Below are positions 18,411 to 27,369 of a stretch of DNA of 64,000 nucleotides, piece by piece (position 1 is the stretch's first letter; every line of letters begins with the position of its first letter). Below the pieces are notes generated by a model. That model did no database searches and was not told the DNA's origin. It was given only the letters and a program-made list of their open reading frames with translations. The position numbers and the translations under genes are program-made. Source of the DNA: an uncultured bacterium (GTDB lineage Bacteria; Patescibacteriota; Saccharimonadia; Saccharimonadales; 2-12-FULL-41-12); assembly GCA_963834265.1 (NCBI GenBank), contig CAWIAU010000002.1:11929-75928 (forward strand), written 5' to 3'.

Positions 18411-18710
18411 TTACTCTTCAGTAAGTAATGCCGGTGCCTGAACTCTTTCAAGTCCGGCTCTTCCGGGCGCTGAAGGAAACATAACCGATACACCTTCGTT
18501 AAGCTTGCAGGCGTGGGGATCGTCAGATTCAGGTGTGACATATTGTTCAACTCCTTCTTTCTTCATAGCGGCCTCACCTGTAGGATACCCATTTATTGGT
18601 AACTCAGCAGCTTCCAGCTTTCTGCCATCAAGTTGCGACAATGCGATAATTACCCGCGCTGGTGGCGTGGGAACTAATTTAAGCGGTGGGAATTTACCTT
18701 CTAATTGCAT
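18411..18710 (-). CDS. Possible small hypothetical protein (99 aa)
   Basis: ORF starting 39 nt downstream of the nusA stop on the same strand. No motif recognised. Confidence 0.4.
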   Translation of the reverse strand: MQLEGKFPPLKLVPTPPARVIIALSQLDGRKLEAAELPINGYPTGEAAMKKEGVEQYVTPESDDPHACKLNEGVSVMFPSAPGRAGLERVQAPALLTEE

Positions 18711-18748
18711 GCTCAGTACTATATCACATAATACTATACATTGTCAAT

Positions 18749-19930
18749 CTAAGATTTTTTCTCGTCGCCGTGTTCTTCGATAGCTTCGAGCAGGCTGGTC
18801 TCCAGAGCTTCTTTCTTCCTGAGGCGCTGGCCACTAAGAGGCGTAGAAGTTTTGATTTCTGTGACAGCTTCCGGACCGGTATCAGGAGCTGTTTCATTCG
18901 ATACAATATCAACTTCATAACCTGTTAACTTACTGGCCAGACGAACATTTTGACCACTTTTACCGATCGCAATGCTTAGCTGATCTTCCGGTACTGTTAC
19001 GATGGCTTTTTTATGAACATCATCGATACTGACCTTGCTGACCTTAGTAGGACTCAGAGCACTCTCCAGAAAAGTAGCCGGATCATCGTTCCAGACAACA
19101 ATGTCAATCTTTTCCTGTTCGCCTACTTCACTCATGACCGCATTGACACGTGTGCCATGGCCCCCTACAAATGTTCCGACAGGATCAACACCCTGCACAG
19201 TACTGGCAACAGCAATTTTGCTGCGCACGCCGGCCTCCCGGGCTATGGCTTTGATTGTTACTGCACCGCTCTCCATTTCCGGTACTTCAGCACGGAATAG
19301 CCATTCCATAAATTCGTTGCTGGCACGGGACACAATCAGTTGCGGCCCCCGGAAACCGCGTTCAACATCTTTCAGATATACTTTTAGACGCTGACCGGCA
19401 TGATAACGTTCGCTGCTAATTTGTTCGCTAACCGGCATAATTGCTTGCGCTTTACCCAGATCAATGCGCACCAAACGACCTTCCACCCGCGCGACGATAC
19501 CATTTATCACTGTTCCTATCTTATCCTGATACTCATTAAGTATAATCTCGCGCTCCGCTTCGCGGAGTCGCTGCATTATGACCTGTTTGGCAGTCTGTGC
19601 TGCTACCCGGCCGAAATTATCGGCGGTACCCTGAATCTCAACGGTTTCTCCCACAGCTGCGTTTTTACGAATGGCTTGTGCCTCAGTTAAGCTTATTTCA
19701 AAGTTAGGATCGTCGACTTTATCAACAATTTCTTTGGTGATAAATACATCGATTGCTCCGGTATTCAGATTAATACTGACTCTTACTTCTTGTTCACGTT
19801 CGCCAAAATCCTTGCGATACGCAGCAGCCAGTGCCTGCTCGACAACTTCCTGTACTGCTTCTTCCGGCAGGTTCTTTTCTTCTGCAATAGTCTTGATAAC
19901 CAATCCCAGCTGTTTAATATCTAAATCCAT
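18749..19930 (-). CDS. nusA: Transcription termination/antitermination factor NusA
   Basis: 393 aa with N-terminal, S1 and two KH domains (GVDPVGTFVGGHGTRV; IGKSGQNVRLASKLTG). SD AAGGAG is 5 nt upstream. Confidence 0.95.
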   Translation of the reverse strand: MDLDIKQLGLVIKTIAEEKNLPEEAVQEVVEQALAAAYRKDFGEREQEVRVSINLNTGAIDVFITKEIVDKVDDPNFEISLTEAQAIRKNAAVGETVEIQGTADNFGRVAAQTAKQVIMQRLREAEREIILNEYQDKIGTVINGIVARVEGRLVRIDLGKAQAIMPVSEQISSERYHAGQRLKVYLKDVERGFRGPQLIVSRASNEFMEWLFRAEVPEMESGAVTIKAIAREAGVRSKIAVASTVQGVDPVGTFVGGHGTRVNAVMSEVGEQEKIDIVVWNDDPATFLESALSPTKVSKVSIDDVHKKAIVTVPEDQLSIAIGKSGQNVRLASKLTGYEVDIVSNETAPDTGPEAVTEIKTSTPLSGQRLRKKEALETSLLEAIEEHGDEKKS

Positions 19931-20070
19931 TTTAACTCCTTTGGTTATAAAAAATCTGGTCTGCTGAATGAAAAAAGCCGACCCGCTGGCCGACTAACTG
20001 CACCCATTGTAGCCGGTTTATACATAACAAGCAAGACCCTCTCTTGTTGTGGGCCATCGGATTAGTAGCG

Positions 20071-20076
20071 TACAAT
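20071..20076 (+). promoter_or_regulatory. Candidate -10 box (TACAAT) 8 nt upstream of the pepN ATG
   Basis: Sequence is agcgTACAATatagttctATG. No SD. Confidence 0.3.
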
Positions 20077-20084
20077 ATAGTTCT

Positions 20085-22652
20085 ATGGGCAAAAAAGTGA
20101 AGCGACTATTTGAGCAGTTTCATCCGGAAAATTATCGGCTGGAACTGGATATTAACCGGGAATCAATGAATTTTTCCGGAACAGTTTCTATAGCCGGCAA
20201 AAAAGTTGGCCGGCCAGCTCAACGCATAACACTGCATCAAAAGGATCTCAAAATTATTTCAGCAAAAGTTAAAAAATTTTACAAAGGTGAAACAACAGAG
20301 ATTCCGGTTGCACGAATAAATAATCAGAAAACTTACGATGAAGTGCGATTGCATGCAGACGAAATGATCTATCCGGGTGAATATGAACTGGAGCTTCAAT
20401 TCTCCGGCAGGATAACGGAAGCAATGCATGGTATGTATCCCTGTTTTTTTGAACATGAAGAAATCAAAAAATCATTAATTGCCACTCAGTTCGAGAGCCA
20501 CCATGCACGCGAAGTATTTCCTTGTATTGATGAGCCGGAAGCTAAAGCAACCTTTGACCTGATACTTATAACTCCTGCAGGTGAAACTGTGCTTTCGAAT
20601 ACTCCGGCCAGCAAACAAGTTACAAAAAACAATAAACAACAGACAACTTTTGAGACTACTCCTGTTATGAGTACATATCTGCTGGCGTTTGTATTCGGGG
20701 AAATGCATAGCGTAGAAGCGACAAGCGGTACAGGTGTTCTGGTTCGGAGCTGGGCAACTAAGGCACAGCCTGAATCGTTTTTGAAATATGCCAATGATGA
20801 AGCTGTCAGAATTTTGGAATTTTTTACCGGTTATTTCCAGACTGCATTTCCACTACGAAAGCTTGATCAGGTTGCTCTGCCGGATTTTGAAGTCGGCGCT
20901 ATGGAAAACTGGGGACTTATTACCTACCGCGAAATTGCCTTGCTGGCAGATCCGGTAAATCGTTCTCAATCTTCTGAACAGTATGTCTCAATGGTAGTAG
21001 CTCACGAAGTAAGTCACCAATGGTTTGGTAATCTGGTTACAATGATGTGGTGGGACGATCTGTGGCTCAATGAAAGCTTCGCCAGTCTTATGGAGCATAT
21101 TGCTCTTGATCATCTTCATCCTGATTGGTTCCAGTGGGAACAGTACGCTGTGCAGGATATTATTGCCAGTTCAAATCGCGATTTATACAAAGATGTTCAG
21201 TCGGTACGGGTGGAAGTAAATCATCCTGACGAAATTCACACACTATTTGACGGAGCAATTGTCTATGCCAAAGGCGGACGCCTGCTTAAAATGCTGAAAG
21301 ATTATATAGGCGACAAAACATTTCGTACCGGACTCAAGAACTATTTTGCTAAACATGCTTACAAAAATACTGTCCGTGATGATCTGTGGAAAGAGCTTGC
21401 AGCCGCCAGCGGCAAAAATATTAAAGCTTTGATGGATCCATGGCTGGAGCAGTCCGGTATGCCTCAGCTGGATGTACGCCGCACTTCAGACGGATTCGTA
21501 CTTGCCCAGAAGCGATTTATTCTGGACGCTGATAATGATAAAAGTATTTGGCCAATCCCGTTATTAGCAGACAAAGCACTGACTACTGAGCTTCTGGATA
21601 AGCAGTCAGCAAGGATAGATTTTCCGGACAATGATCCTGTTCTTTTTAACGCGCATGGTAGTACACATATGGTTGTTCGCTACGATGACGAACCGGGCAA
21701 AGAATACGTCGAACATGCAGTAGCCAACCGTACAGTACCTTCTGAGTCACGCATAAACATTCTGAATGACTACATATTATTAGCCAAAAAAGGCGAATTA
21801 TCAATTCTGGAAGCACTGGAGATTGTCGAAGCGACAGCAAGTGAACCGCGCGAAGCTGTCTGGCAGCAAATGAGCAGAGTTATCGGCACAGTCGGAACCC
21901 TTTCTGAAGGCAACGAAGATATTGAAGCAAAACTAAAACGAACACGCTGCGATCTGGCCCGCCAGTGGTACGGGGAACTTGGATGGGATGATAAACCCGG
22001 GGACGATCCCAATACCAAAGCTCTGCGCCAGACAATGCTGGCCTTTATGCTGAGCGGCGAAGACAAAGATGCTTTGGCAGAGGCGAAGAAACGATATTAT
22101 GCAGCAAAGAGTGTCGGGGATTTGCCCTCAGAGCAGCGAGGATTAATAGCCGGCGCAATGGTACGCCTGGGCGAACCCATTACTGACTCACTTCTTGAGC
22201 AACATCAGGCAACTCAGAACTCTGATCTTCAGGGATCTATCGCATCCGCACTTGCCAGCACCAAGGATCCGCTTGCAGCCAAAAAAATTATTGATATGGC
22301 ACTGGGCAAAAAAGGCTTCGTCCGCCCGCAGGATATCGCCCGCTGGTATGCTTACTTTATGCGCAACCGCCATGTAAGAAAAGCCGCATGGCAATGGCTG
22401 ACCAGCAGCTGGAACAGATTGGAAGAACTATATGGTGACGGCAAGTCATTCGACTACTTTATAATCTACTCAGCCGCTCCGATCACCACAAAAGTCTGGC
22501 AGCAACAATTCGAAACTTTCTTCATACCAAAGAAAGATACTATTGCACTCCAGCGCAATATAAACATAGCCATCTCAGAAATTCCCGCCCGTATTGCCTG
22601 GCGCGAACGCGAAGAACCCAAAATCAAAATATATTTCAGCAGAACTAAATAA
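20085..22652 (+). CDS. pepN: M1-family aminopeptidase N
   Basis: GAMENWG exopeptidase motif, HEVSHQWFGNLVT zinc site, WLNESFA. The track ORF starts at GTG 20049; ATG 20085 (MGKKVKRLFEQF) is more plausible. Confidence 0.92.
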   Translation: MGKKVKRLFEQFHPENYRLELDINRESMNFSGTVSIAGKKVGRPAQRITLHQKDLKIISAKVKKFYKGETTEIPVARINNQKTYDEVRLHADEMIYPGEYELELQFSGRITEAMHGMYPCFFEHEEIKKSLIATQFESHHAREVFPCIDEPEAKATFDLILITPAGETVLSNTPASKQVTKNNKQQTTFETTPVMSTYLLAFVFGEMHSVEATSGTGVLVRSWATKAQPESFLKYANDEAVRILEFFTGYFQTAFPLRKLDQVALPDFEVGAMENWGLITYREIALLADPVNRSQSSEQYVSMVVAHEVSHQWFGNLVTMMWWDDLWLNESFASLMEHIALDHLHPDWFQWEQYAVQDIIASSNRDLYKDVQSVRVEVNHPDEIHTLFDGAIVYAKGGRLLKMLKDYIGDKTFRTGLKNYFAKHAYKNTVRDDLWKELAAASGKNIKALMDPWLEQSGMPQLDVRRTSDGFVLAQKRFILDADNDKSIWPIPLLADKALTTELLDKQSARIDFPDNDPVLFNAHGSTHMVVRYDDEPGKEYVEHAVANRTVPSESRINILNDYILLAKKGELSILEALEIVEATASEPREAVWQQMSRVIGTVGTLSEGNEDIEAKLKRTRCDLARQWYGELGWDDKPGDDPNTKALRQTMLAFMLSGEDKDALAEAKKRYYAAKSVGDLPSEQRGLIAGAMVRLGEPITDSLLEQHQATQNSDLQGSIASALASTKDPLAAKKIIDMALGKKGFVRPQDIARWYAYFMRNRHVRKAAWQWLTSSWNRLEELYGDGKSFDYFIIYSAAPITTKVWQQQFETFFIPKKDTIALQRNINIAISEIPARIAWREREEPKIKIYFSRTK

Positions 22653-22653
22653 T

Positions 22654-22992
22654 TCAGATTTGCTCCAAAAATTCTATTTTGAAATCAGGGCCGGAGACTT
22701 CGGCGGCGGATAATACATACTCTCCGTTCCAGCGGTTCATTGATACCCAAAGGCCGGCAGCAAAGACCATTTGACGTTGCTTTGATACGGTAATATAGTC
22801 ATATCCGGTTCCCTGTGCCGGATTAGCACGATATTTGACCTCCACAAAATGAACTCTTTTAGCTTTTTGTGCCACAATATCGATCTCGCACCATTTTGTT
22901 TTCCAGTTAGTATCAAGAATTTTATATCCGCGATTCTCAAGATAATCTGCAACGGCTTCTTCGGCAATACGGCCATCATCATTATGCTTCAT
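22654..22992 (-). CDS. yraN: YraN-family (UPF0102) endonuclease-like protein
   Basis: 112 aa. Motifs: EEAVADYLENRGYKIL, EIDIVA, VHFVEVKYR. Classic position next to rnhB, with a 4-nt overlap. Confidence 0.8.
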   Translation of the reverse strand: MKHNDDGRIAEEAVADYLENRGYKILDTNWKTKWCEIDIVAQKAKRVHFVEVKYRANPAQGTGYDYITVSKQRQMVFAAGLWVSMNRWNGEYVLSAAEVSGPDFKIEFLEQI

Positions 22993-23552
22993 ACTACCAA
23001 AGCCCTGATGGGTTTAAAGCTCATACGATGCGATGATGTGATACCGTACTTTTCTAATGCTTCTATGTGAGCTGCTGTTCCGTAACCGACGTGCATATCG
23101 AAATTAAAATCCGGAAACTTTTTGGATAGCTCCTGCATATAAGCATCCCTGGCAACTTTCGCGACAATACTTGCCGCACAGACTGCCGGCACTAATGCAT
23201 CTGCTTTGATAATTGCTTTAGCTCGTAATTCATTTGGCAAATAGTTAATAGAGCCATCGATAATAATTTCGTCATATGGTGCACGAATCAGTTCGAGTGC
23301 ACGTTCGCATGCCAGTGTTGTAGCAGCGGTGAGTCCCAGCTCATCAACTTCACCCGCAGATACAAAGCCAAGACCTGTGGCTATAGCCTGCTCATTAATA
23401 ATACCTGTCAAAAAGGTTCGTTTTGATTTTGTTAAAATCTTGGAATCATTTAAACCCGGTATGTGTCCATTCGCCTTTAATAAAACAGCTCCTACGACGA
23501 GCGGGCCAGCCCATGCACCCCGCCCCACTTCATCAATGCCCACAATTCCCAT
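22989..23552 (-). CDS. rnhB: Ribonuclease HII
   Basis: 187 aa. Motifs: GIDEVGRGAWAGPLVVGAV, DSKILT, ASIVAKV. Confidence 0.92.
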   Translation of the reverse strand: MGIVGIDEVGRGAWAGPLVVGAVLLKANGHIPGLNDSKILTKSKRTFLTGIINEQAIATGLGFVSAGEVDELGLTAATTLACERALELIRAPYDEIIIDGSINYLPNELRAKAIIKADALVPAVCAASIVAKVARDAYMQELSKKFPDFNFDMHVGYGTAAHIEALEKYGITSSHRMSFKPIRALVV

Positions 23553-23585
23553 AGGGCTAGTATACCAGGTTAGTACGCGGGAAAC

Positions 23586-24134
23586 CTACTTTGCATCTGT
23601 TGGCTTTTTGTCTTTGGTTTCTTTTGAAACTTCAGGTTCAGCTTTAGCTGTTTTTTTATCTTCAGTTACTTCAGCCTTCTCAGAAGGAGATGCCTTAGTT
23701 GTTGGCTGGATTGGTTCTCCGGCAGAAGCTTCGGCTTCCGGTGCTGCCTCTTCCTCGGGCGGTACAAAATTAGTAGTGTCCCGGTCGAAAGGTATGCTGG
23801 AAAGACGAGCGGATTTGCCCGTACGTTCACGCATATAAGTCAGATAATTGCGACGAACTTTACTGCGCTTTGTAACTTCGATTCTTACTACCAGCGGACT
23901 GTGTAGCAAATAAGTCTTCTCGACTCCGATACCACTCGCTATACGACGTACGGTAATAGTACTGGTGTGGCTACCCTTACGGTCCATACGAATCACCAGT
24001 CCTTCAAAGATCTGAATACGTTCTTTGCTGCCTTCACGAATTTTCTGATGGACTTTAACGGTGTCGCCACTATGCACATCGACAACATGTGACTTCTTGT
24101 ATCTCGCTTCAATTTTCTCAATCACAGATTGCAT
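23586..24134 (-). CDS. rplS: 50S ribosomal protein L19 with a ~65-aa charged C-terminal extension
   Basis: The first ~115 aa are canonical L19 (GDTVKVHQKIREGSKERIQIFEGLVI...VRRNYLTYMRERTGKSARL). The tail is E/K/A/P/T-rich. Confidence 0.95.
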   Translation of the reverse strand: MQSVIEKIEARYKKSHVVDVHSGDTVKVHQKIREGSKERIQIFEGLVIRMDRKGSHTSTITVRRIASGIGVEKTYLLHSPLVVRIEVTKRSKVRRNYLTYMRERTGKSARLSSIPFDRDTTNFVPPEEEAAPEAEASAGEPIQPTTKASPSEKAEVTEDKKTAKAEPEVSKETKDKKPTDAK

Positions 24135-24207
24135 CAGGGCTATAACCTCTACATTAGTTTACGATGTTCGGATAATTATATCACATCTGTTATAAAGATG
24201 AAATATA

Positions 24208-25815
24208 TTAGCCGACGACACGGTAGATTTCTTCGATTGTCGTGTCGCCGGCTATTGCTGCCAGAATGCCGGCCTGCAACATTGTCAGCATGCCCTCTTC
24301 GACAGCTTTTTTTTCCAGCATATCGGTAGTTATCTGATTTGGTGGTAACCGAAGCATCTGCTGAATCCCCGGAGTCATTCGAAACTGCTCGCGGAGTGCC
24401 ACGCGGCCTTTGTAACCGAATGGTGCATCGTCTGAACTTCCGGGATTATACAAAGTTATGTTATTAATATCCGGACGGTCCATATCAGGCGGCATGGTAT
24501 CAATAATTAGCTGCAACTGTTGCTTCAGTGCGTCATCCGGTTGATACGCCTGCTTGGTATCGCTGTCCAGACGCCTTACCAGCCGCTGTGCCATAACCAG
24601 GTGCATAGCGCTGGCAAAGAGCGGATTGACACCAATAGCATCCAACATCCTCGTCAGTGCAGCGGCGGCAGACGAGGCGTGGTATGTCGATAGTACCAGA
24701 TGTCCTGTCAAAGCTGCCTGCAGAGCAGTACGCGCTGTATCCTGATCGCGAATCTCACCGACCATAATTGCGTCAGGGTCCAGTCGGAGGACAGCACGCA
24801 GTTTCTCGGCAAAACCAAGCTTATTGTGATCTCCCTCAACGGGAATCTGGACAACCCCGGGTATGAAGTACTCAATCGGATCTTCCAGTGTAATAATTTT
24901 TCGCTCAATCGTATTAAGCGTATTGATAATTGAATAAAGTGTGGTCGTCTTTCCGGAGCCTGTCGGTCCAACAATAAGTACCATACCCGACGGATGCTTT
25001 ATGACGTCGTCCACCGCTTCCCGTTCTTCAGGGTTCAAACCTAAACTGTCAAGGCTCAGAAATTCCAGTTCGAAGTTGAATAGCCGCATTACAACATCTA
25101 GGCCGTAGGCCGTAGGTACAGTTTCAACCCGTAAGTTAACATTCACTTCTTCGCCGGTAGCTAATTTGTAATTTTTATTAATATGTCCGGTTTGAGCATC
25201 CGGACTACCTGTACTGACATTTGCAGCAATGGCGATTGATGATAAAACCTGACGATATTTATCCTGACTTATCCCTGCTATGGGATGAAGAACCCCGTCA
25301 ACACGAATTCGTATGCGCACCTGGTCCTTTTGGCACTCGAGATGTATATCTGAGCCCTTTAACTGATATGTCTGCTTAACCAGATATGCAATGATATCAT
25401 CCGATAGAACATGATTAAGTGTTTCTGTCACTTTACGGAATAAATCCCCGTCGTCTGTAGCAGCTATTTTGACATCATCATATACTATCTCTTTCGGGGG
25501 GTTATAAAGGTGCATATAATCCAGGAATCCTGTGTCAGAAATAAGTGCGAAGCTAATTCTCTGGTCCAGAAATCGTCCCCGCAGACTGTCCATTGTCTGA
25601 TGCGAGGTTGTATTGGTAATACCAAAGTTAATATGATGTGCATCAGCATGCAAGGCCACAATCCGCAACTTCTCCATTTCATCAATGCTCAAAAGATCTT
25701 TATAGAGAGATTTATCCCCGGCTACTGTCGTATCAAAATATGTCAGTCCCAGAATCCGTGAGCGTCTTTGGGTAGCCTGCTCTTCATTGACACGTGCGTC
25801 ATGACTCATATCCAT
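24208..25815 (-). CDS. pilB: Type IV pilus assembly / type II secretion ATPase (PilB/GspE family)
   Basis: 535 aa. N-terminal GSPII-type domain, Walker A GPTGSGKTTT, Asp box (ITLEDPIE), Walker B (IMVGEIRD), His box (GHLVLSTYHA). Confidence 0.88.
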   Translation of the reverse strand: MDMSHDARVNEEQATQRRSRILGLTYFDTTVAGDKSLYKDLLSIDEMEKLRIVALHADAHHINFGITNTTSHQTMDSLRGRFLDQRISFALISDTGFLDYMHLYNPPKEIVYDDVKIAATDDGDLFRKVTETLNHVLSDDIIAYLVKQTYQLKGSDIHLECQKDQVRIRIRVDGVLHPIAGISQDKYRQVLSSIAIAANVSTGSPDAQTGHINKNYKLATGEEVNVNLRVETVPTAYGLDVVMRLFNFELEFLSLDSLGLNPEEREAVDDVIKHPSGMVLIVGPTGSGKTTTLYSIINTLNTIERKIITLEDPIEYFIPGVVQIPVEGDHNKLGFAEKLRAVLRLDPDAIMVGEIRDQDTARTALQAALTGHLVLSTYHASSAAAALTRMLDAIGVNPLFASAMHLVMAQRLVRRLDSDTKQAYQPDDALKQQLQLIIDTMPPDMDRPDINNITLYNPGSSDDAPFGYKGRVALREQFRMTPGIQQMLRLPPNQITTDMLEKKAVEEGMLTMLQAGILAAIAGDTTIEEIYRVVG

Positions 25816-25869
25816 TCAGTATAACCTCTAGCATGATAATGGTAAATCTATGTTATCCTGCCGATATAC

Positions 25870-25875
25870 TACAAT
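25870..25875 (+). promoter_or_regulatory. Candidate -10 box (TACAAT) 6 nt upstream of the ATG at 25882
   Basis: Sequence is gatatacTACAATgctaatATG. No SD. Confidence 0.3.
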
Positions 25876-25881
25876 GCTAAT

Positions 25882-26376
25882 ATGAATCACCTTGTTCTGA
25901 TCGCCCACAATCTACGTAGTGCGCATAATGTTGGTTCACTGATGAGAACCTGCGAAGGTTTAGGTGTCGAAGAGCTTTACCTGACCGGTTATACGCCGTA
26001 CCCTTCGCATAGTGTTGACCAGAGATTACCGCATATTGCACAGAAAATTACAAAACAAATCCACAAAACCGCTTTAGGCGCTGAGTCAATGTTGAAATGG
26101 CAGTATCATTCCGAAATTACAGAAGCAATACAAGAGCTAAAGAATCGGGGTTATGCTATCGCTGCTATAGAGCAGACAGGTAGTTCTGTACAGCTACCTG
26201 AATTCAGGCCACCCGAAAAACTTGCGTTAATTGTTGGCCGAGAGACAGAAGGTATCGAGACAGAAATCTTAGAATTATGCGAAACGGTCGTTGAAATTCC
26301 CATGCTGGGAAGAAAAGAATCATTTAATGTCGTACAAGCCGCAGCCATGGTACTTTACCACTGCCGTTATTTCTAA
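25882..26376 (+). CDS. SpoU/TrmH-family RNA 2'-O-methyltransferase
   Basis: 164 aa. Motifs: RSAHNVGSLMRTCEGLGV, LIVGRETEGI, IPMLGRKESFNVVQAAAMVLY (SPOUT knot motifs). Confidence 0.85.
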   Translation: MNHLVLIAHNLRSAHNVGSLMRTCEGLGVEELYLTGYTPYPSHSVDQRLPHIAQKITKQIHKTALGAESMLKWQYHSEITEAIQELKNRGYAIAAIEQTGSSVQLPEFRPPEKLALIVGRETEGIETEILELCETVVEIPMLGRKESFNVVQAAAMVLYHCRYF

Positions 26377-26459
26377 ATACATCAAATAAGTTACAGACTA
26401 ATTGAAAAGCTGCTTATGTGCTAATATAAACTCATAAACTTAAACTTAAAATAAATACT

Positions 26460-27365
26460 GTGCCAGTCAAAACAAAACGAACCCACCATCGCCCTCCCCA
26501 CGACAAAAGCGGACATCGACGCAGCAAGAAATTTCTGAAAGTGTATGCTCCTTATATACCCCTGTTACTGATTCTCGGAATAGGTTTTATCGTATCATTT
26601 CAAAAAGACCTGCGAAATCAGGTTACCGGCGTACTTAGCTATGCCATAAATATGAATGACGCCGGCCTTCTTGAGTCCGCAAACAAAGAAAGAATTGCCA
26701 AAAACAAGCAGCCGCTTAGCCTGAATGCCAGACTAACGCATGCAGCTCAGAAAAAAGCAGAAGATATGGCCACCCGTAATTACTGGGCCCATAATACTCC
26801 TGATGGTCAGGAGCCTTGGGTATTCATCCATAACGCCGGATATACATATAGTCAGGCGGCAGAAAACCTTGCCTACGGATTTGCTACCAGCGAAGCAGCT
26901 ACTATCGGATGGATGAATAGCCCCTCGCATCGCGCAAATCTGCTGAATGGGGATCTTAGCGAAGTAGGATTTGGTATTATGAATGTTGAAAGTTATCAGA
27001 ATAACGGACCGCAGACCATAGTTGTTGCAATGTATGGTACGCCATCGGGAGCAGGCGCGGTTCTTATGCCCAATACTCCTGTCGCACAATCCCCTGCAGT
27101 GCAAACTGCCGCCGTTCCTGAACAAAAGAAAATTACTGTGGCGCAATCAGTTACAAATGGTTATGCGCCATGGATCAACCTGCTGACAGGAGCGCTGTTG
27201 GGGGGCACGATAATGTACCTGCTATCGAAACATGCATGGAATTTGAGACGGGCTATTCATAGAAGTGAGCGATTTATACTTCATCACCCTTTGCTGGACA
27301 TAACTTTGCTTGCCTTATTGGCCCTAACAACTCTGCTGAGCCAGACAACCGGCATAATCCACTAA
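26460..27365 (+). CDS. Membrane-anchored CAP/SCP (PR-1-like) domain protein
   Basis: 301 aa with a GTG start and N-terminal TM. CAP motifs: LTHAAQKKAEDMA, YWAHNTPDG, AENLAYG, WMNSPSHRANLL. Two C-terminal hydrophobic segments. Confidence 0.8.
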   Translation: MPVKTKRTHHRPPHDKSGHRRSKKFLKVYAPYIPLLLILGIGFIVSFQKDLRNQVTGVLSYAINMNDAGLLESANKERIAKNKQPLSLNARLTHAAQKKAEDMATRNYWAHNTPDGQEPWVFIHNAGYTYSQAAENLAYGFATSEAATIGWMNSPSHRANLLNGDLSEVGFGIMNVESYQNNGPQTIVVAMYGTPSGAGAVLMPNTPVAQSPAVQTAAVPEQKKITVAQSVTNGYAPWINLLTGALLGGTIMYLLSKHAWNLRRAIHRSERFILHHPLLDITLLALLALTTLLSQTTGIIH

Positions 27366-27369
27366 TTAT

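Noticed and set aside
20049-20084. GTG start at 20049 for aminopeptidase N; similarly TTG starts at 30969 (dnaE) and 63165 (pheS)
   Set aside because: Downstream ATG codons fit the conserved N-termini and the upstream signals better. The longest-ORF extensions add non-conserved residues.
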